This document shows, piece after piece, positions 42,542-53,184 of a DNA stretch of 61,986 bases; the first letter of the stretch is position 1; each line of letters begins with the position of its first letter. The notes under the pieces were generated by a model, which did no database searches, was not told where the DNA came from, and saw nothing but the letters and a program-made list of their open reading frames with translations. Source of the stretch: an uncultured bacterium. GTDB lineage: Bacteria > UBP14 > UBA6098 > B30-G16. The position numbers and the translations under genes were made by a program. The stretch spans positions 1 through 61,986 of the forward strand of contig CBEVQY010000013.1 of NCBI GenBank assembly GCA_965552135.1. Direction: 5' to 3'.

Positions 42542-43630
42542 CTACCTTACCTTGAACGAAACAAGCCCAAGCAGGGCGAAGATGATCCCGAGTATCCAAA
42601 AGCGCACCACCACCTTCGCCTCGTGCCATCCCGAAAGCTCGAAGTGGTGGTGCAGCGGAGCCATCCTGAAGATCCTGCGCCCCCCCGTGAGCTTGAAGTA
42701 ACCTACCTGAAGGATCACCGAAAGGGTCTCCACCACAAACACCCCGCCCGCGATAAGCAAAAGGAACTCCTTCTTCAGCATAACCGATATGACGCCGATG
42801 GAGGCACCAAGCGAGAGTGCGCCCGTGTCGCCCATGAAGATCTCCGCAGGGAAGGAGTTGTACCACAGGAAGCCGAGCGCCGCACCCGCCATCGAGGCGC
42901 AGAAGATCGAAAGCTCGCCGCTTCCGGGGAGGTAGGTTATGTTCAGGTAACTTGTGAAGTCGGTTCTGCCGGAGACATACGCCACCGCGGTAAAGGTCGC
43001 CGCAATAATAGCCACAAGCCCCGCGGCAAGACCGTCAAGCCCATCGGAAAGGTTCACCGCGTTGGACGACGCAACAACAACAAGCGCCGAAAAGAGGATG
43101 TACCCAACGCCGAAGTCCGGATGGATCTTTTTGAAAAACGGAAGCTCCGTGGTCGTTCTGTACGAGACATCGGGCGGGAGCAAAAACACAAGAAGCCCTA
43201 TGCCAAGCCCAACCAGAATCTGGCTGTAGAGCTTGTAGGACGCCAAAAGTCCCTTTGGCTTTTGCTTGATGTCCTTCAGGTAATCGTCGACGAAGCCGAC
43301 GATCCCCGTGACGACGAGCACAACCGTTGCCATGGCAACATATGGGCTTCCCACCTGAGCCCAAAGGAGCGTACCCGCCAGGACGCCAGCGATGATGGCG
43401 ATGCCGCCCATAGTCGGCGTGCCGCGCTTACCGAGGTGGCGCTCCGGAACGTCCTCGCGAATCCGACTCTCGTAGTTGTGACGCTTAAGAAACCTTATAA
43501 GTGGACCGCAAAGCGCCCACGAAACGACGAAGCTCGTCGTCGCAGCCATCACCAGCCGAAAGGTGATGTACCGAAAGAGGTTGAAGAGGATGAAATGCCT
43601 CCAGTACGGTTTTAGAAGGTAGTAGAACAC
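42542..43630 (-). CDS. mraY: Phospho-MurNAc-pentapeptide transferase
   Basis: GTPTMGG, NAVNLSDGLDGL, FMGDTG, MAPLHHHFE. Confidence 0.98.
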   Translation of the reverse strand: MFYYLLKPYWRHFILFNLFRYITFRLVMAATTSFVVSWALCGPLIRFLKRHNYESRIREDVPERHLGKRGTPTMGGIAIIAGVLAGTLLWAQVGSPYVAMATVVLVVTGIVGFVDDYLKDIKQKPKGLLASYKLYSQILVGLGIGLLVFLLPPDVSYRTTTELPFFKKIHPDFGVGYILFSALVVVASSNAVNLSDGLDGLAAGLVAIIAATFTAVAYVSGRTDFTSYLNITYLPGSGELSIFCASMAGAALGFLWYNSFPAEIFMGDTGALSLGASIGVISVMLKKEFLLLIAGGVFVVETLSVILQVGYFKLTGGRRIFRMAPLHHHFELSGWHEAKVVVRFWILGIIFALLGLVSFKVR

Positions 43631-43631
43631 C

Positions 43632-43886
43632 TCATCGCTCCTTCCCTTCGGCTTCGATAAAAGGCGGCGCGAACCTGAACTTCCTTTTCTGCACTGGCAC
43701 CACAGACGCCTTGGCAGCCCTTGAGAGCGCCGGCACGCGCGGCTTCCAGTAAAAGCGACCTCTGAAAAACCTGGTGTCTATCTGCCTGCGCGCAGACCTC
43801 ATAACGATCCCAATCGCCACGCCCTGGGCGAAAGCCAGGGTAAGGCAAGCCAAAAGCAGCAAAAGCGTTCGCTTCAACCAAACCAT
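43632..43886 (-). CDS. Small basic hypothetical membrane protein
   Basis: Fills the murF-mraY gap exactly; N-terminal hydrophobic helix; Arg/Lys-rich. Confidence 0.5.
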   Translation of the reverse strand: MVWLKRTLLLLLACLTLAFAQGVAIGIVMRSARRQIDTRFFRGRFYWKPRVPALSRAAKASVVPVQKRKFRFAPPFIEAEGKER

Positions 43887-45232
43887 CTTAGTATCTCCTC
43901 CACAAACCGCTCGGTTCTTGTTGCCCTCGACCCCTTCACGAGGACCGCGCAGGGCGGGACAAGCATTTCGCGAAGTCGTCCGAGCGCCTCCGAAAAGCTT
44001 TCTGTATAGAAAAGATTGCCGCCATAGCCCACTCTCTTCGCCTCGTCGAACGCGAAGCGCATAAGCTTTCCGAAAAGCAGGGCGCCGTCGACGTCGTGCT
44101 CGAGCAGCATACCGGCGACCTGGCGATGGTATCTTTCGGAAAACTCACCGAGCTCAAGCATATCGCCCAGCACGGCGAACCTCCGCGGCGCATCGATGGA
44201 TTCGAGGACGCGGAGCGCCTCCTGAAGCGCGGCGGGGCTCGAGTTGTACGTGTCGTCGACGACGACTACATCTCCAACGCGCTTCAGCTGGAGCCTGTGC
44301 GGTCGAGGCTCAAGCTCCGAAAGCGCCTCAGCTACAAGATCAAGCGGCAGATTCAGGTAGTTCCCCACCGCCGCGGCAGCAAGGGCTGCGTAAACGGCTC
44401 CCATGCCCAAAAGCTTGAGCTCGAAACGAACTCCCCTCACGGTGAAAGACGGTCTGCCCTCGGAGAACCTGATGTCCTCCGCCCTGAAGTCGGCTTCGCG
44501 CTCGGCGGCGTACGTTACAACCGGTCTTTCGGCGGCAAGCTCCGGCGCAACATCGGCAAGCTGGGGCGAATCGACGTTCAAGACCAAAGGGGAAGTGGGG
44601 GACATAGCCGTCCTTATCCTGAGTTTTTCGGCGAGGATTTCCCCAAGGTCGCCGAGCCCCTCGGTGTGGACGGGGGCGATGGCGGTTATAACGCCCACGT
44701 CGGGCTGGGATATGCGGGAAAGCCGCTCCATCTCGCCGGGGCAGTTGATCCCAAGCTCGACGACGGCGACTTCGACCCGGTCGCACATCCCCAAAAGCGT
44801 GAGCGGCAAGCCTATGAGGTTGTTGTAGTTGAGCTTCGCGGAGTGGACCTGGAATCTTTTGGCGAGCGCGGCTGCGATTGCATCGCGGGTCGTCGTCTTC
44901 CCCACGGAGCCCGTCACGCCAACGACCAGAGGGTCAACGGCATCCCTGTGAAACTTCGCAAGCTTCCCAAGAGCCTCGAGTGTGTTCGGCACGATGATCT
45001 GAGGCAGTTTGGCGTCGACTTTTCGCTGGACGACGGCGCCGCATGCGCCGCGCGCCTCAGCGTCGGAAACGAAGTCGTGTCCGTCGCGCCTGCCCAAAAG
45101 GGCGAAGAAAAGCTCACCCCGCCCAATGGTGCGGCTGTCGACCGAAACCCCTCTGACCTCCCGCGCCGACGCATCCGGCGGAACAAGCTCACCACCCAAA
45201 ACATCCGATATCTCGCCAAGGCTGTATCTCAA
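43874..45232 (-). CDS. murF: UDP-MurNAc-tripeptide--D-Ala-D-Ala ligase
   Basis: TGSVGKTTT, NNLIGLP, DDTYNSSP, GDMLELG, KGSR. Confidence 0.96.
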   Translation of the reverse strand: MRYSLGEISDVLGGELVPPDASAREVRGVSVDSRTIGRGELFFALLGRRDGHDFVSDAEARGACGAVVQRKVDAKLPQIIVPNTLEALGKLAKFHRDAVDPLVVGVTGSVGKTTTRDAIAAALAKRFQVHSAKLNYNNLIGLPLTLLGMCDRVEVAVVELGINCPGEMERLSRISQPDVGVITAIAPVHTEGLGDLGEILAEKLRIRTAMSPTSPLVLNVDSPQLADVAPELAAERPVVTYAAEREADFRAEDIRFSEGRPSFTVRGVRFELKLLGMGAVYAALAAAAVGNYLNLPLDLVAEALSELEPRPHRLQLKRVGDVVVVDDTYNSSPAALQEALRVLESIDAPRRFAVLGDMLELGEFSERYHRQVAGMLLEHDVDGALLFGKLMRFAFDEAKRVGYGGNLFYTESFSEALGRLREMLVPPCAVLVKGSRATRTERFVEEILRWFG

Positions 45233-46716
45233 CTTCGCCTCCCAAGTCTTCTTTCGATCGCCTCCCGCGCGACCTCGACGTCGTCGAAGTGGACGGTTCG
45301 GTCGGCGAAGATCTGGTAGTCCTCGTGACCTTTGCCCGCGATAAGCACGATGTCGCCCTCGCGGGCGAGACCCACAGCCTCGAATATCGCCTGCCGCCTG
45401 TCGACTATGCGCCTGTAGTTGTTGCGAACGGCGCCGGACTCGATCATATCGATTATGCGCTCCGGGTCCTCGCTGCGCGGGTTATCGGACGTGATCACGA
45501 CAACGTCCGCCAGCCGCGTGGCTATTTCGCCCATCTGCGGGCGCTTTTGGTGATCCCTGTCGCCGCCCGCGCCGAACACAACGATGACGCGACCCGAAAC
45601 AAGCTCCCTCGCCGTCTCGATGAGGTTCCTCAGCGCTTCGGGCGTGTGCGCGTAGTCGACGACCACGAAAAACGGCTGACCCAGGTCGACGATCTCGAAC
45701 CTGCCGCGAACGCCCCGGAACTTGCGGATAGCCTCAAGCGCAACGCAGGGATCATATCCCCTCGCCGCGGCGGCAGCAAACGCAGCCACGGCGTTGTAAA
45801 CGTTGAACCTCCCCGGAAGCTTCGTCTCGGCGGAAAAGGTTCCCCAAGGCGAGCGAATCCTAAACCGCGAGCCGGAAATCTCAACCCTCTCCGGCTCGGC
45901 GACAACGTCGGCGGCGACCGTGTCGAGGGCGTAGGTTACAACGTCCGCGGAGGAGGCGGCGATGACGTCGTCTGCGCACGGGTCGTCGAGGTTAACGACG
46001 GAAACCGCGCCCTTCGGCAAGCCCGCAAAAAGACTGCACTTCGCCTCAAGATACGAAGCCATATCGCCGTGGTAGTCGAGATGGTCCTGCGAGAGGTTGG
46101 TGAATACGGCGGCTTCGAAGGCAAGCCCAACGGTCCGCTTCTGGTGGAGCCCGTGCGACGAAGCCTCCATCGCAACGGAAACAACGCCCTCGCGCCTCAT
46201 CTGAGCAAGAACCCTCCAAAGCGTTTCGGGTCCTGGGGTCGTTATGGGGAGCCTCTGGTACTCACCGCCCGAAACGCGATATCCAAGCGTGCCCACAACG
46301 CCCGCCTTCTCGCCCGCCTCGGTGAATATCCTCCACAGGATGTGCGCCACGGTGGTTTTGCCGTTGGTTCCCGTGACGGCGAAAAGCCTTTGGGGCGGCT
46401 CGCCCAAAAACCTTTTGAGCAGGGCAACGAGAGCTTCGCGCGTGTCGCGCACGCGGATCAGGGGAACACCAAGCTTCGGCGTGTTTGCGTCGACCTGCGC
46501 GACAACGGCAACGGCGCCGGCGGAGACGGCGTTGGGGATGAAGTCGTGCCCATCGACCTCGACACCGCGCACAGCAACAAAAACCCAGCCGGGCTTCACG
46601 AGGCGCGAATCGGACGTCACGCCGCTTACAACGAAGCCAAGCCCGTCCGGAGCCGAAACGAGGTTTTCGCCAAGATCCGACAAAAGATCATTCAGTTTGT
46701 ACTCAGCCTGCGCCAT
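45229..46716 (-). CDS. murE: UDP-MurNAc-dipeptide--meso-DAP ligase
   Basis: TGTNGKTT, DHLDYH, DYAHTP, DNPR (DAP-type), GKGHE. Confidence 0.96.
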   Translation of the reverse strand: MAQAEYKLNDLLSDLGENLVSAPDGLGFVVSGVTSDSRLVKPGWVFVAVRGVEVDGHDFIPNAVSAGAVAVVAQVDANTPKLGVPLIRVRDTREALVALLKRFLGEPPQRLFAVTGTNGKTTVAHILWRIFTEAGEKAGVVGTLGYRVSGGEYQRLPITTPGPETLWRVLAQMRREGVVSVAMEASSHGLHQKRTVGLAFEAAVFTNLSQDHLDYHGDMASYLEAKCSLFAGLPKGAVSVVNLDDPCADDVIAASSADVVTYALDTVAADVVAEPERVEISGSRFRIRSPWGTFSAETKLPGRFNVYNAVAAFAAAAARGYDPCVALEAIRKFRGVRGRFEIVDLGQPFFVVVDYAHTPEALRNLIETARELVSGRVIVVFGAGGDRDHQKRPQMGEIATRLADVVVITSDNPRSEDPERIIDMIESGAVRNNYRRIVDRRQAIFEAVGLAREGDIVLIAGKGHEDYQIFADRTVHFDDVEVAREAIERRLGRRS

Positions 46717-48824
46717 CCTTCCCCCTTGGGCTCGCATAAGAGCACGCACACTGCGGCTGTGTCGACGACCGATTCTGCCTTTGGCACCTGCTCGACCACG
46801 ATGCCGTGTCCGTGCACGACGAAGCGCACACCAGCCCTCGCGAGCTTCTCCGCCGCCCTGCGCAACGACAAACCCACGACATCGGGCACAACGACGGAAT
46901 CCTTACACCGCGGCGCAAGGGGCGCAAGATAGGCAATCACGACGCTTCCCCGCTCAAGGCGTCTTCCGGGGGCAGGGCTTTGGTCGCAGATCACCTTGCC
47001 CACGCCGCGAAACTGCACCTCAAGCCCGCACCGCGCGAGCAGGACCTCCGCCTGCTGGGGCGTCATGCGCCTTATGTCGGGCACGACGGCGCCGGAATCG
47101 CCACGACCGCCGGCAAGGGCAACGCTGCGCTCCGCGGGCAGGACGATTATGCCCGAGCTTACCGCCTTCTCGAGAACGGCGCGCAGAACCGGCGCAGCAA
47201 CAACGCCGCCGTAGTAATGCCCCCGACGCGGATTATCGACCATAACAAAGCCAACCACAACGGGATCGCCGTAGGGAGCGTATCCGACGAAGGATGCAAA
47301 GTACGCGTTTTCCTCGTATCCTCGTGCTCCGCGCTTGTGCTTGTGGGCAGTGCCGGTTTTGCCCGCGATGGGTATAGCCCTCGAGTTTGCGAGCGTAGCC
47401 GTTCCATGCAGGACGACGTCGCGGAACATGGCGCCAAGCGTGTCGGCAACCTCCTGCGGAATGACCTGCCTTACCGCCATAGGCTCGCGCCGCCAAACGA
47501 CCCTGCCGTCGTACCGAACGACCTTCGAAACGACGAAGGGCTTCATAAGCTTCCCCCTGTTCGCGACGGCGGCGTACGCACAGGCTATCTGCAGCGGCGT
47601 GGCCGATATCTCGTACCCCATGGGGAGGGTCGCCATGGTCGTCTTCGACCAGCGCGCAGGAGGTCTCAGGATACCGCCCGACTCGCCGGGAAGGTCTATC
47701 CCCGTGCAGGTGCCAAAGCCAAAGCGCCTTATGTATTCGTAAAAGGTTCGTTTCTCAAGCAGTTGAGCGATCTTGGTTATGCCCACGTTGCTTGAGTGGA
47801 CTATGACCTCCCTTGCGGGGACCTTCCCCATGCCGTGGACGTCCCTTACGACCCTTCCGCATATGAACGCGCGCCCACGCTCACAGTCCACCGTGTCGAA
47901 CGGCGTTATAAGCCCCTCGCACAAAGCCGCAGCCATCGTAACAAGCTTGAAAATCGACCCTGGCTCGAAGGGGTCGGTTATGGTGCGATTGCGGTGCAGC
48001 TGAAGGGGGTAGCTTGAGTAATCGTTTGGGTCGAAGTTTGGCACCGACGCCATTGCGAGCACCTCGCCCGTCCGGGGATCGAGGAACACGCCGCATGCGC
48101 CGTCGGCGCAGTGACGGCTCAAGGCGTCCTTAAGCTCCGCCTCGAGTATCTGCTGAAGGCGGATGTCTATGGTAAGGTAGATGTCGCTGCCGGGGACGGG
48201 GTTGCCCAGGGAATAGTGCAGGAGCGGGTATGTTCTGCCGCAGGCATCGGTGAATATGAGTCTTTGCGCGGGTTTTCCCGCAAGCTGTTTGTCGTAAAAG
48301 AGCTCGAGCCCGCCTCGACCCCTGCCGTCGTGACCAACGTAGCCTATCACCGTCGAAGCCGTGCTGCCGTAAGGGTAGAACCTGTTGTATATCGGGGTCA
48401 TGTGAACGCCCTCGAGGTTTTTGGCGCGCACGCGCATCGCGTGCGGAACGTCGACCTTAAGCTCCAGATAAACGAAGAACCTGCCCGCGGCATCGAGTAT
48501 GCGCTTGCGGTAATACCCACGCGGCCTGCCGAATATGCCGCAGAGAACCGAATCGACAAGGTCAGGATCGTCTATCTGGGAGGGATCTCCGTAGATGTCG
48601 TAGAACAGGTTGTCCACGGCGAGGGGTTTTCCGTTGCGGTCGTATATCGTTCCCCTGCGGGCGGGGATATCGCGCAGCTTTTGCTGCTGGCGCTTTGCCC
48701 TCTGCCTGAGCTTTGCCGACGAGATCACCTGAAGCCCCACAAGCCTCGCCTGAACCGCGGCGATTGCCACCGCCCAAACCACAACCACAAAAACGAGCCT
48801 GCCTATGTTCCTCGGCGAAAACAT
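46692..48824 (-). CDS. ftsI: FtsI/PBP3 with two C-terminal PASTA domains
   Basis: RGTIYDRNG, EPGSIFK (SxxK), SSN, KTGT, two VVPD..-type PASTA repeats. Confidence 0.95.
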   Translation of the reverse strand: MFSPRNIGRLVFVVVVWAVAIAAVQARLVGLQVISSAKLRQRAKRQQQKLRDIPARRGTIYDRNGKPLAVDNLFYDIYGDPSQIDDPDLVDSVLCGIFGRPRGYYRKRILDAAGRFFVYLELKVDVPHAMRVRAKNLEGVHMTPIYNRFYPYGSTASTVIGYVGHDGRGRGGLELFYDKQLAGKPAQRLIFTDACGRTYPLLHYSLGNPVPGSDIYLTIDIRLQQILEAELKDALSRHCADGACGVFLDPRTGEVLAMASVPNFDPNDYSSYPLQLHRNRTITDPFEPGSIFKLVTMAAALCEGLITPFDTVDCERGRAFICGRVVRDVHGMGKVPAREVIVHSSNVGITKIAQLLEKRTFYEYIRRFGFGTCTGIDLPGESGGILRPPARWSKTTMATLPMGYEISATPLQIACAYAAVANRGKLMKPFVVSKVVRYDGRVVWRREPMAVRQVIPQEVADTLGAMFRDVVLHGTATLANSRAIPIAGKTGTAHKHKRGARGYEENAYFASFVGYAPYGDPVVVGFVMVDNPRRGHYYGGVVAAPVLRAVLEKAVSSGIIVLPAERSVALAGGRGDSGAVVPDIRRMTPQQAEVLLARCGLEVQFRGVGKVICDQSPAPGRRLERGSVVIAYLAPLAPRCKDSVVVPDVVGLSLRRAAEKLARAGVRFVVHGHGIVVEQVPKAESVVDTAAVCVLLCEPKGEGWRRLSTN

Positions 48825-48849
48825 TGGGCACAAAGGGGTCTGCCCGACC

Positions 48850-49290
48850 TCAAAGGCTCCCCTCTTTGTAGAACAGCTCTTGTTCCCCGCCCAGCGGGGC
48901 TTTCACAAGCCTTTCCCACTGCCGCAGAAAGAACCTCTTCAGGGCGATGAGGCTCTTCCTCCACCTCGTCGCCTCGGCTGCCCTGGAAGCGGGCTCCTCG
49001 ACCACGCAGACGCGCTCGCTGGGAAGGGAGTACCTGAGCCCACAGACATCCCTCGCCAAGCGCTCTATGCGCTCGGGCGAGCTGAGGTTGGCTATTCGTA
49101 TAAGCTTTTCGGAGTTTTCGGCTCTAAGTTCGAAGAGCTCGTTTTCGAGCCTTGTGATCCTCTTCGACAGCGAGACGGTGTATGCCCGCTGCCAAACGAA
49201 AAGGAGGGCAAATCCAAGGAGGGTCAAAAGCAGGAGAGGCTTTTTTACGACGACGAAGCCCGACGGCGAATTTTTCGCTTTTGTTTTCAC
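48850..49290 (-). CDS. ftsL: Cell division protein FtsL
   Basis: TM plus coiled coil, LSSPERIERLA; lies between rsmH and ftsI. Confidence 0.8.
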   Translation of the reverse strand: MKTKAKNSPSGFVVVKKPLLLLTLLGFALLFVWQRAYTVSLSKRITRLENELFELRAENSEKLIRIANLSSPERIERLARDVCGLRYSLPSERVCVVEEPASRAAEATRWRKSLIALKRFFLRQWERLVKAPLGGEQELFYKEGSL

Positions 49291-50258
49291 ATCCCTCCTT
49301 TCTCATAATCGATTTTTTCGGCGACTCTCATCCTCGCTGCCCTTGCCCTGGGGTTCCGCTCGACCTCGGACTTTGTCGGTCTTATCGGCTTGGGCGTAAG
49401 GATCTTAAGCCTCCTTCTGTGCCCGCACCTGCAGACAGGTATTCCGGGCGGGCAGATGCAGTCTTTCGCTTCGGTGGCGAAGAACTCCTTGACGATTCTG
49501 TCCTCGCCCGAGTGGTACGCGATCACCACGATTCTTCCGCCCGGCGCGGTGACCTCGAGCGCCTGCTCCAGCGCCTGCCGCAGCTTGCGAAGCTCGTCGT
49601 TGACCTCGATGCGGATCGCCTGGAAGATCCTCGGGAGTATGTCGCTTCGGAACCTTGCGGGTATCTTGCTCTCCACGGCTCGGCACAGCTCCTCGGTGGT
49701 TCGTATTGGGGCTTCCTGGCGCGCGGCAACTATGGCGCGGGCTATGCGCCTATAGCCCCTCACGTCCCCGTAGCGCCTGAGGATCTCGGCAAGCTCGTCG
49801 ACCGAGTAGGTGTTCACCACATCGAACGCCGACTTGGGCGCAGTCATGTCGTACCGCATGTCGAGGGGTCCGTCCCGCTTGAAGGAAAATCCGCGCATGG
49901 GGTCTTCGACGAGCTTTGCCCTCAGCCCAAGGTCGAAGAGCACGCCCGCCACGAAATCGACGCCAGCCTCCTCGCGCACAAGCCGCTCGAGCTCGGCGTA
50001 ATCCCCCCGAATCAACCTAACCCTTTTTCCAAAGAGCGAAAGCCTCTGCGACGCCGTCTGCAGGGCATCCTCATCTATGTCAACTCCTATGACCTTCCCG
50101 CGCGCTCCCAGCTTCTCAAGTATCGCAATGGCATGCCCGCCGTCTCCGACGGTGGCGTCGAGGTAGACGCCGTCGCGGTCGGTCACAAGATAGCCGACCG
50201 ACTCATTCACCATCACGCTGCGATGGTACCCCGTCGGTTTTCCCTGTCCGTCTGCCAC
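49287..50258 (-). CDS. rsmH: 16S rRNA m4C1402 methyltransferase
   Basis: DATVGDGGH, RGFSF...PLDMR, FQAIRIEVNDEL, HSGEDRIVK, NPRARAA. Confidence 0.96.
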   Translation of the reverse strand: MADGQGKPTGYHRSVMVNESVGYLVTDRDGVYLDATVGDGGHAIAILEKLGARGKVIGVDIDEDALQTASQRLSLFGKRVRLIRGDYAELERLVREEAGVDFVAGVLFDLGLRAKLVEDPMRGFSFKRDGPLDMRYDMTAPKSAFDVVNTYSVDELAEILRRYGDVRGYRRIARAIVAARQEAPIRTTEELCRAVESKIPARFRSDILPRIFQAIRIEVNDELRKLRQALEQALEVTAPGGRIVVIAYHSGEDRIVKEFFATEAKDCICPPGIPVCRCGHRRRLKILTPKPIRPTKSEVERNPRARAARMRVAEKIDYEKGGM

Positions 50259-50700
50259 GTATCAACGAACTGAAAAACTGAAGCGCTCCCTCATCGTAAC
50301 CCGCACCAACCTTCCTGGAGTAGTCGCTGTACCTTGTCGGATCCCACACCTCGATCCAGTCAACGACGCCGAGGATCAAGACCTCCTCACCCAGCCCGAC
50401 CTCATCTATCAGGACTTGGGGCAGGTTTATCCTCCCCTGCCCGTCAACGGGGACGACGTGTGCCCAGGAGGCAAACTCCCTGTAGAAGGCTATCTGCCTG
50501 TCGGGCGGAATGTCCTCGGGAATGAACTCCGCCAAAAAGCTTTCGAAATCGTCCACCGGAAGTATGGCGAGACAACCGCCAACGCCCTTGGTGACAACGA
50601 ACTCACTGTACACAACCCCCCTTCCAGCTTCGCGCAGGCGCGCCGGAAGGAAGAGCCGCCCCTTGCTGTCGATCCTGTGGATGTATCTCCCAACAAACAC
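50203..50700 (-). CDS. mraZ: Transcriptional regulator MraZ
   Basis: MFVGRYIHRIDSKGR, DGQGRI, IEVW. Confidence 0.95.
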   Translation of the reverse strand: MFVGRYIHRIDSKGRLFLPARLREAGRGVVYSEFVVTKGVGGCLAILPVDDFESFLAEFIPEDIPPDRQIAFYREFASWAHVVPVDGQGRINLPQVLIDEVGLGEEVLILGVVDWIEVWDPTRYSDYSRKVGAGYDEGALQFFSSLIRGRRTGKTDGVPSQRDGE

Positions 50701-50768
50701 CCTGCAACCTCAAAACTTCCCTTAAATTCCTCTCATTTCTCTTTGAAAATCAATAAGTTACTATTTCG

Positions 50769-50794
50769 CTCCACTTTGCTCCACTTCCCTCCAC
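50769..50794 (-). promoter_or_regulatory. MraZ-binding repeats (3x GTGGAG, 10-bp period)
   Basis: CTCCAC at 50769, 50779 and 50789 on plus, just downstream of the dcw -10. Confidence 0.9.
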
Positions 50795-50799
50795 AAACT

Positions 50800-50827
50800 A
50801 TCATACCGACGCAGATGAGGCTGTCAA
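50800..50827 (-). promoter_or_regulatory. dcw operon promoter
   Basis: Minus strand TTGACA (50827-50822), 16 bp, TATGAT (50805-50800). Confidence 0.75.
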
Positions 50828-50928
50828 GTCAAAAATGAGATGACGCGCAAAATTTTTTCAATTTCTCAAAGATACCGAGGCAGTTAGAGCTTGCGCGGTG
50901 CCCTTGAAGCGCTAATCTTTTCAAGGCT

Positions 50929-53166
50929 ATGAGCGACGCAAAGTCCCCAAGGGAGTTTGCCCTCGACCTCGGGCTTTCGGATGAGGAGTTCGAGCGGATC
51001 GTGGAGCTCCTTGGCAGAGAGCCCAACCCCACCGAGATCGGGATCTTCTCCGTCATGTGGAGCGAGCACTGCTCGTACAAAAGCTCGCTTGTGCACCTGC
51101 GGAAGTTCCCCACACAAAGCGAGAGGTCGCTCACAAAGATGGGCAAGGAGAACGCGGGCGCGCTGCTTCTGAAGGACGGCTGGGCTTTGGTCTTCAAGAT
51201 AGAGAGCCACAACCACCCCTCCGCCATCGAGCCATTTCAGGGCGCGGCAACGGGCGTGGGCGGAATCCTGAGAGATGTGTTTTGTATGGGCGCATATCCA
51301 ATCGCCTGTCTCGACTCCCTCCGCTTCGGCGAGATCGACGACCCCAAAGCCCAGCACATATTCGACGGCGTCGTGCGCGGAATAGCCGCATACGGAAATT
51401 GCTTCGGCGTGCCAACCGTCGCCGGGGAGATAGTGTTCGACAAAGCATACTCCGGAAACCCGCTCGTCAACGTTATGGCGGTCGGCATAGTTCGCACAGA
51501 CAGGATGATCTCGGCGAAGGCTTCCGGTGTGGGCAACCTCGTCGTGTACATCGGCGCGGCGACGGGAAGAGACGGAATCCACGGCGCATCCTTCGCCTCC
51601 GGTGAGCTCACCGAAAGCTCACACGAAAAAAGACCAGCCGTCCAGATAGGCGATCCCTTCACCGAAAAGCTTTTGCTCGAGGCGACGCAGGAGATAGCAT
51701 CGCGCGGGCTTGCCGTGGGAATGCAGGACATGGGCGCCGCGGGCCTCACATCGTCAAGCGCAGAAATGGCGGCAAAGGCAGGGCTTGGGGTCGAGCTCGA
51801 CCTCGATAAAGTCCCACTCCGCGAGGAAGGGATGACGCCCTACGAGATCATGCTCTCCGAGTCGCAGGAGAGGATGCTTCTTGTGACCACGCCCCAAAAC
51901 CTCGCGGAGGTCGAGCGGATACTCGACAAATGGGGGCTGCACTACGCCGTCGTGGGCAGGGTCATAGGGGAGCGTGTGCTTAGGCTCTGGTGGCGCGGCG
52001 AGGTGGTCTGCGAGATCCCCGTGCACGCCCTCCTTGCGGGCGAAGGCGCGCCCGTGTACAACCGACCGATGCGAAAGCCCGAATACATCGACCGCCTGCG
52101 GGAGAGGGATCCTCTTGTCGAGCTTTCGTCAACGCAAACCCAAATCGATGTAGAGACCCTCTTAATAAGGCTTCTTTCGATGCCGAGCATTGCCTCGAAG
52201 CGCTGGGTGTGGCGGCAGTACGACCACCAGGTTGGCGTGCGCACTGTGATCCTGCCGGGAGCAGGCGATGCAGCGGTGCTCGACATCAGGGAGACCGGGC
52301 AGTACGTCGCCGTCTGCACCGACGGCAACGGAGCATACACCTCCCTCGATCCCTACGCGGGCGGAGCCATAGCGGTGCTTGAGGCGGCAAGGAACGTTGC
52401 CTCCGTCGGCGCAACGCCTATCGGAATAACCGACTGCCTCAACTTCGGCAACCCCGAGAAGCCCGAGGTGATGTGGCAGTTTGCCCGTGCGACGGACGGC
52501 ATCGCCGACGCATGCCGCGCGCTCGGCATACCCGTGACCGGCGGAAACGTGAGCTTCTACAACGAATCGCCCCAGGGCGCCGCGCTGCCAACGCCCGTCG
52601 TCGGGATGGTGGGAGTGATAGACGACGCATCGAGCATAATCACGCCGAACTTCAAGCAAGCGGGCGACGTTGTGATCATCCTCGGCGAGCCATCGCGCAG
52701 GCTCGGCGGCACAGCGCTGCAAAAGCTTTTGTGGAACAAGCTCTTCGGCAAACCGCCAGAGCCCAGGCTGGAGCTGCACAGACGCGCAATAGCCCTCCTG
52801 CTTGAGCTTGTGCGGCGCAGGGCGATAAAAAGCGCCCACGACGTATCCGACGGTGGCATTGGCGTGGCACTCGCCGAGTGCACATTCGGCGCCGAAGGCT
52901 GGGGCGCAAAAATCGAGGTGCCAAACGGCTTCGACCCGATCCTGTGGCTGTTCGCGGAACCGCAGGGCGTCTTCGTCGTAAGCGCCGCGCCGGAGAAGCT
53001 TGAGCAGATAGAGCGCCTCGCAAGCCAATACGACGTCCCCTGCGCCGTCGTTGGCGAAGTGACGGACGACGGCACCCTCCAGATAGACAAAACCCGTTGG
53101 AAAGTCGAAACACTCAGGAAAATCTACGAAGAGGCGATCCCGCTTGTTATGGATGGGGCAACATAA
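50929..53166 (+). CDS. purL: Phosphoribosylformylglycinamidine synthase subunit PurL (small form)
   Basis: [39 protein letters not shown]. Confidence 0.97.
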   Translation: MSDAKSPREFALDLGLSDEEFERIVELLGREPNPTEIGIFSVMWSEHCSYKSSLVHLRKFPTQSERSLTKMGKENAGALLLKDGWALVFKIESHNHPSAIEPFQGAATGVGGILRDVFCMGAYPIACLDSLRFGEIDDPKAQHIFDGVVRGIAAYGNCFGVPTVAGEIVFDKAYSGNPLVNVMAVGIVRTDRMISAKASGVGNLVVYIGAATGRDGIHGASFASGELTESSHEKRPAVQIGDPFTEKLLLEATQEIASRGLAVGMQDMGAAGLTSSSAEMAAKAGLGVELDLDKVPLREEGMTPYEIMLSESQERMLLVTTPQNLAEVERILDKWGLHYAVVGRVIGERVLRLWWRGEVVCEIPVHALLAGEGAPVYNRPMRKPEYIDRLRERDPLVELSSTQTQIDVETLLIRLLSMPSIASKRWVWRQYDHQVGVRTVILPGAGDAAVLDIRETGQYVAVCTDGNGAYTSLDPYAGGAIAVLEAARNVASVGATPIGITDCLNFGNPEKPEVMWQFARATDGIADACRALGIPVTGGNVSFYNESPQGAALPTPVVGMVGVIDDASSIITPNFKQAGDVVIILGEPSRRLGGTALQKLLWNKLFGKPPEPRLELHRRAIALLLELVRRRAIKSAHDVSDGGIGVALAECTFGAEGWGAKIEVPNGFDPILWLFAEPQGVFVVSAAPEKLEQIERLASQYDVPCAVVGEVTDDGTLQIDKTRWKVETLRKIYEEAIPLVMDGAT

Positions 53167-53184
53167 AAAGGCGAGGTCGGGACA

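Noticed and set aside
50769..50794. Short periodic repeats as a CRISPR-like or novel array
   Set aside because: 6-bp units at a 10-bp period upstream of mraZ match known MraZ boxes
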